From assembly GCA_938045545.1 (NCBI GenBank), contig CALIBN010000025.1, positions 1 to 12,271 of the forward strand: a DNA stretch of 12,271 nucleotides, given 5' to 3'. Below, in pieces: positions 8,244-12,271 of this stretch. The notes under the pieces are model-generated. The model had not been told where the DNA came from, ran no database searches, and was given only the letters and a program-made list of their open reading frames with translations. A program made the position numbers and the translations under genes. Every line of letters begins with the position of its first letter. Within the stretch, counting starts at the first letter, position 1. The DNA is from an uncultured archaeon (GTDB lineage: Archaea > Thermoproteota > EX4484-205 > JAAOZP01).

Positions 8244-9313
8244 CTTTTATGTTTGATGCGTGGATCTAAGTTCGAGATAAGCAAATCTATGACAATAGAC
8301 GCTAAGGTATAGGCGAGGCCAATTACAAGAACGACGCCAACAATCGCGTTTAAGTCTTTTCTTAACATGGCGGTTATGCCATATCTTGACAGACCGGGCC
8401 AATTAAATATAAACTCGACTAGAAATGCATTCCCTATCAAAGACGCCATGTCTAATGTCATTATCGTTACCGTTGGAATCATGGAGGGTTTTAGTGCATA
8501 TTTAAAGAACACGACAGAACCTGGGAGCCCATGGGAATACATGTTCAGAATATAATCTTTATTCACATTCTCTATGAGGTTTGCCCTTAGAATTCTTGCC
8601 TCTTGGGCTATTGTCCCTATAGCGAGGGCGAGAGAGGGTATGATAAGATGGCTCAAGGCATCAAAGAATGCGGGTATGTTACCCTGTAGCAGGGTATCCA
8701 ATGTGACAAGCCCAGTTATCCTTTTCACTTCGTATCCTAGACTTAGCCGACCATAGGCAGGTAGCAAACCTAGCCAGCTTGCCAAGATTAGCTGAAGAAT
8801 TATGGCCCAGACAAAGGAAGGAATCGCAATTCCTGCATAAGCGAACACGCGCACAAAGTTGTCTACGGCCGAGTTGGGTCTCCTGCCACTCAAAACCCCT
8901 AGAGTAAAAGCACCGACTACATCGATTACAAGTGCAAATACTATAAGTTCAACCGTAGCTGGCAGAAATTCTATGATATCTGTAGTTACATCTCTGAATG
9001 TGACCAAAGATATGCCAAGTCTTCCGTGGAAAACATCTGTTAGCCATACAAAATACTGGACGTATAGGGGTTCATGAAGATGGAGCATCTGCCTATACTG
9101 CTCTACAACGTCTTCGGGCGCTCTGGGGCCCAAAGCAAGCCTAGCGGGGTCGCCTGGTAAGACGCGCGCAATTACAAAGATGAGTACTGATATACCTAGT
9201 AGCGTTACTATACTATACGCTATTTTTCTTATGTAATAGTTATCAATTAGGCTGGATAATCTAGCACTTATCCGCGACTGACTTGTATTCAGATCAGAAT
9301 CTTGGTTCGTCAT
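8240..9313 (-). CDS. dppB: Dipeptide/oligopeptide ABC transporter permease (DppB/OppB-like)
   Basis: LPGDPA, LYVQYFVWL..G.LGIS, PATVEL, IPSFVWA, VEFIFNWPGL, C-terminal DLL...LDPRI, and multiple hydrophobic segments. Confidence 0.92.
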   Translation of the reverse strand: MTNQDSDLNTSQSRISARLSSLIDNYYIRKIAYSIVTLLGISVLIFVIARVLPGDPARLALGPRAPEDVVEQYRQMLHLHEPLYVQYFVWLTDVFHGRLGISLVTFRDVTTDIIEFLPATVELIVFALVIDVVGAFTLGVLSGRRPNSAVDNFVRVFAYAGIAIPSFVWAIILQLILASWLGLLPAYGRLSLGYEVKRITGLVTLDTLLQGNIPAFFDALSHLIIPSLALAIGTIAQEARILRANLIENVNKDYILNMYSHGLPGSVVFFKYALKPSMIPTVTIMTLDMASLIGNAFLVEFIFNWPGLSRYGITAMLRKDLNAIVGVVLVIGLAYTLASIVIDLLISNLDPRIKHKR

Positions 9314-9349
9314 GGCTGCGTCATTACTCGGACTCTTCCGCGGGGCGGA

Positions 9350-10093
9350 TCATAATAGATCCGTTAGGCCCCATTTCTGGAGCTCGGAAAGGGGTGGGGG
9401 TTCGTAAGTGTATTTTCTGCTGTGCGCCCAGCCGCAGAGTTCTTTAAGCCTCACGTGATGTTCGGCATGCTTTAGCGAAGCAATGATAGGGTCTATTACA
9501 GGTATTCCAAACCTCGTTTGTACCTCTCTGTAGAAGCCGAAAAAGACTGTACACCCCAATATTACTACTTCGGCCCCCTCATTGACACTCTCCTCAACCG
9601 ATTCCATAAGCCTCCTTTCTGTTTCACGCTCATCCTTATGAAGGTCGTGGACCCCCATTTCTATGTCCTTAAAAGATACAAGCCTATCCTTTAAACCATA
9701 TTCTTTGATTCTACTCATCATTAGCGGTATCCATTTCTTCCGGCCAACTATAATTGAGAATTTGTCTCCTAAAGATAATGCCAGTGTTGTAGATGATTCA
9801 AGGGGTGCGGTTACGACGATATTGCTTATTTCACGCGCCTCTCTTAGTCCGGGGTCATAGAAACATCCTATTATACAGGCATCATACCCTTCTTTTTCAG
9901 CTTTTTTGACCTCTTTCAATATTTGAGGCACAACTAATGCATCATATGCATAGTATTCGAGATGATGCGGACCCCATTTGAAGGAGACGACGTCTAGGTT
10001 TGTCGATGGATCTTTGTATCCCTCCAAGTAGTCTTTCATAGGTTTATCAAAGATTGAAGTTCCGACCGGGTTGATGAATAAAATTCTAGCCAT
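9350..10093 (-). CDS. Asp/Glu/hydantoin racemase family protein (hydantoin/allantoin racemase-like)
   Basis: 247 aa. N-terminal RILFINP, two catalytic cysteines C77 (IIGCFYDPGLREARE) and C181 (GAEVVILGCT), and GIPVIDP. SD GGGTG at 10102-10106. Confidence 0.88.
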   Translation of the reverse strand: MARILFINPVGTSIFDKPMKDYLEGYKDPSTNLDVVSFKWGPHHLEYYAYDALVVPQILKEVKKAEKEGYDACIIGCFYDPGLREAREISNIVVTAPLESSTTLALSLGDKFSIIVGRKKWIPLMMSRIKEYGLKDRLVSFKDIEMGVHDLHKDERETERRLMESVEESVNEGAEVVILGCTVFFGFYREVQTRFGIPVIDPIIASLKHAEHHVRLKELCGWAHSRKYTYEPPPLSELQKWGLTDLL

Positions 10094-10134
10094 TTAATAA
10101 ACACCCATAAAAAATATTCGCACAGGGTGTCGCG

Positions 10135-11814
10135 TCATGACGGGATTTTTTCTGGGAAGACTTGGAACCATCTGAAGTCTAGCTCATATTCTGCTATTGG
10201 TAGGACTTCTCCCCTAGCAGCCGGATAGTCAACATAGTCGGCCTGATAGGCTCTAAGCACTACATGCTCATACACAAATACCGATGGTGCCAGCTCATCC
10301 AGCTTTTTCTGTATCTCATAATACTTCTGCATCCGCTGATTAAAGTCTACCGTAGCTAGTGCATCCTCTATCATTTTATCGATCTCTGGATTCATTAACC
10401 ATTCTCCTTGTTCCCATGTTCCAGTGGCTGCGGAGTGATATCTCGACATGAGTATAGACCCTGCCTCCGCATAGTGGGCGATTACAAATATTGAAACTGC
10501 GTTTGGCGTTGTTTCCATCTTGGTCATACCCTCCACCACTGAGAGCCAGGGGACCTTCACTACATTGACTTTGAGCCCAATCTCCTCCATGTTAAGTTTG
10601 AAAAGCAACGCAACCCTCTCCTCCCACGGGACCTCGGCAATCCACCAGAACTCTATCGGATACTGGTCAAGCTTTCCCCAATACTTCGATTTCCTGAGCT
10701 CCTCCTTAGCAGCCTCTACATTCCTTTCCATGGGCTTTCTCGCCGGATCTGCCCCTGGGAGCATGCTTGGGACCGGGCCTGAAGGACGCTTCTCAAACGG
10801 CATTATATCGTTTATTGCCGTTTCATAGTCAAAAGCCAGTGTAATTGCCCTCCTGACATGTACGTCATCTGTTGGAGGTTTCTTGGTATGGAGCATTATG
10901 TAGAAGATCATTGCTGATGGTACTTTCGCGATCTTAACCCCCGGTATCTTGGCCATTGCGTCGTAGTTTTCTAGTGGTTGCCACTGGTCGGTAACCTCCA
11001 GCTGTCTCTTCTCCATCATGGTTCGTATTGTGGTGGGTTCTGTGAAGCCATACATTATTACTTTAGTCGGGGAGTTTGGTGCTGTGTCACCCCAGTATCC
11101 GTCATACTTTACTAGGGTTACAGATTCCCCTCTCTTATGCTCAAATAGCTTGTACGGTCCCGATCCAGCGTCTTGTTCGCCAGACATCAACCAGTTTTTC
11201 CCATAGTCTCCCATCTCACCGTAGGGGCCTTCTGTCTTGTGCTGCTTCACTAGCTCGCTATCAACAATGTAGAGCCGCACTAGGGTGATGAGGAATGGGC
11301 CGAATGGCTTCGTAAGTGTTATCTGAACTGTGTAATCATCCAGAGCCACTGTCCTTTCAAGGTCGATGTAGGGTTTGAATAAGTAGCCGTAGCCTTCTCC
11401 TATTGTTATCATCCGTTTCAGGGAAAAAATAACGTCCTCTGCCTTGAGTTCGCGTCCGCTATGAAACTTTACTCCCTTCCTAAGGTGGAACTTCCAGACC
11501 ATCCCATCTCCAGATACCTCCCATTTTTCAGCTACATGTGGTCTGACAGTCCCATCCTTATTCGGATAGACTAGTGTGTCATAGACGTTTAAGAAATAGA
11601 CCGAGCTCGCCTCATCCGAGCCTACGGCCGGATCCATGTATGGCACATTGGCAAAAGAGACCCTCAGCAGCCTCTCTTTCGGCGGGGCGGTCTGCCCGGT
11701 TAATGTAGTGCCCGTAAGAACGAACCCTACCGCTGCAACAACGGCTATCACAACGACTATAGCAGCAATAACGAGTGTCCTCCTCCCTCTGATACTAGTT
11801 TTGCCCGCTGTCAT
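10135..11814 (-). CDS. dppA: Family 5 (DppA/OppA-like) ABC substrate-binding protein with N-terminal membrane anchor
   Basis: 559 aa. Basic N-terminus plus hydrophobic helix, NVYDTLV, AEKWEVSGDG..WKFHLRKGVKFHSG..LKAEDVIFS (family 5 signature), GSGPYKL, DDVHVRRAI. Confidence 0.92.
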   Translation of the reverse strand: MTAGKTSIRGRRTLVIAAIVVVIAVVAAVGFVLTGTTLTGQTAPPKERLLRVSFANVPYMDPAVGSDEASSVYFLNVYDTLVYPNKDGTVRPHVAEKWEVSGDGMVWKFHLRKGVKFHSGRELKAEDVIFSLKRMITIGEGYGYLFKPYIDLERTVALDDYTVQITLTKPFGPFLITLVRLYIVDSELVKQHKTEGPYGEMGDYGKNWLMSGEQDAGSGPYKLFEHKRGESVTLVKYDGYWGDTAPNSPTKVIMYGFTEPTTIRTMMEKRQLEVTDQWQPLENYDAMAKIPGVKIAKVPSAMIFYIMLHTKKPPTDDVHVRRAITLAFDYETAINDIMPFEKRPSGPVPSMLPGADPARKPMERNVEAAKEELRKSKYWGKLDQYPIEFWWIAEVPWEERVALLFKLNMEEIGLKVNVVKVPWLSVVEGMTKMETTPNAVSIFVIAHYAEAGSILMSRYHSAATGTWEQGEWLMNPEIDKMIEDALATVDFNQRMQKYYEIQKKLDELAPSVFVYEHVVLRAYQADYVDYPAARGEVLPIAEYELDFRWFQVFPEKIPS

Positions 11815-11822
11815 GTAGTTTA

Positions 11823-11834
11823 GAGATCGATCTC
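11823..11834. promoter_or_regulatory. Perfect 12-bp palindrome, candidate repressor operator
   Basis: GAGATCGATCTC is its own reverse complement. It lies between the TATA box and the ATG of the SBP gene. Confidence 0.5.
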
Positions 11835-11837
11835 GCC

Positions 11838-11853
11838 CTATATATCTCTTTCA
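11838..11853 (-). promoter_or_regulatory. BRE-TATA promoter of the ABC/racemase operon (leaderless)
   Basis: Minus strand reads TGAAAGAGATATATAG: a purine-rich run followed by TATATA ending 25 nt before the ATG at 11814. No SD is present. Confidence 0.6.
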
Positions 11854-12034
11854 GCCGAATAGTGATTTACAAAAAGGATTGATTATAGGATTTAGCGATG
11901 AAATGTCTTAGTTCTTAGGGAAGGTATTGCCTAACAAATCGGCGGGTATTGAAAGCTGTTGGGAGGCCTAGATGAAGGTTTAAGAACATATTTTAGTGTA
12001 TGTCATTGTCTTTGCGTGAGGCTGGTGTTTGTAG

Positions 12035-12271
12035 ATGGTGTATGATCTATTGGTGATTGGTGCGGGTATTGTTGGTTTGACCTCCGCCTATCATTTCGTT
12101 AGGGGTGGAGGTGGCAGGGTGTTGGTCGTTGACGCCAATGGTGGCCCTGCTCAGGGGAATACTGCGAGGAGCGTTGGTGGATTCCGCATGGGGCTGTTCA
12201 CCTCTCGTGTTAACAGGCTTATCTCAGAGACCACCGTCAAATTCTACTTGGATGTTCAGAAGAGTGGCTAT
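12035..12271 (+). CDS. FAD-dependent oxidoreductase, DAO/sarcosine oxidase family, possibly dye-linked L-proline dehydrogenase; 5' end only (runs off the right edge)
   Basis: Not in the ORF track. Manual translation: MVYDLLVIGAGIVGLTSAYHFVRGGGGRVLVVDANGGPAQGNTARSVGGFRMGLFTSRVNRLISETTVKFYLDVQKSGY. It has a Rossmann GxGxxG motif, an acidic residue at the end of beta-2, and a GNTARSxG motif. GGTG lies at 12024-12027. Confidence 0.85.
   Translation, partial: MVYDLLVIGAGIVGLTSAYHFVRGGGGRVLVVDANGGPAQGNTARSVGGFRMGLFTSRVNRLISETTVKFYLDVQKSGY

Noticed and set aside
9337-9349. Mini-hairpin TCCGC-GGG-GCGGA right after the racemase stop
   Set aside because: It has a 5-bp stem, a 3-nt loop and no U-tract, which is too little to call a terminator.
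641-11818. The short (60-108 aa) alternative ORFs in the track, e.g. 641-841, 1719-2012, 3874-4200, 8859-9077, 10520-10828
   Set aside because: All are antisense shadows lying within, or almost within, well-supported genes and have no recognisable motifs.
11909-11926. Weak similarity of TAGTTCTTAGGGAAGGT to TAGTTCCTAAAAGGT (224-238) as possible island-boundary repeats
   Set aside because: The match is gapped, short and AT-rich, and there is no recombinase or tRNA target nearby.

Overview
This is an archaeal-looking window (inferred TACK/thermophile-like from TATA boxes ~25-29 nt before leaderless first genes and GGTG-type SD motifs before internal genes). It holds a compact catabolic cluster in two convergent blocks. 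The + strand carries a two-subunit ATP-dependent hydantoinase/oxoprolinase (lactamase) A+B and an M24 Xaa-Pro metallopeptidase. The - strand carries a complete Dpp/Opp-type ABC importer (SBP, 2 permeases, 2 ATPases) with an Asp/Glu/hydantoin racemase gene inserted between the SBP and the first permease. Two partial genes at the edges are missing from the ORF track: a YchF/OBG-family NTPase (1-131, -) and a DAO-family flavoprotein resembling archaeal dye-linked L-proline dehydrogenase (12035-12271, +). Main hypothesis (inference): the cluster imports, epimerises, ring-opens and cleaves cyclic amides such as proline-containing cyclic dipeptides (diketopiperazines), rather than running a classical hydantoin pathway, because a dipeptidase sits where a carbamoylase would be expected. 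I saw no RNA genes, CRISPR arrays or mobile elements.
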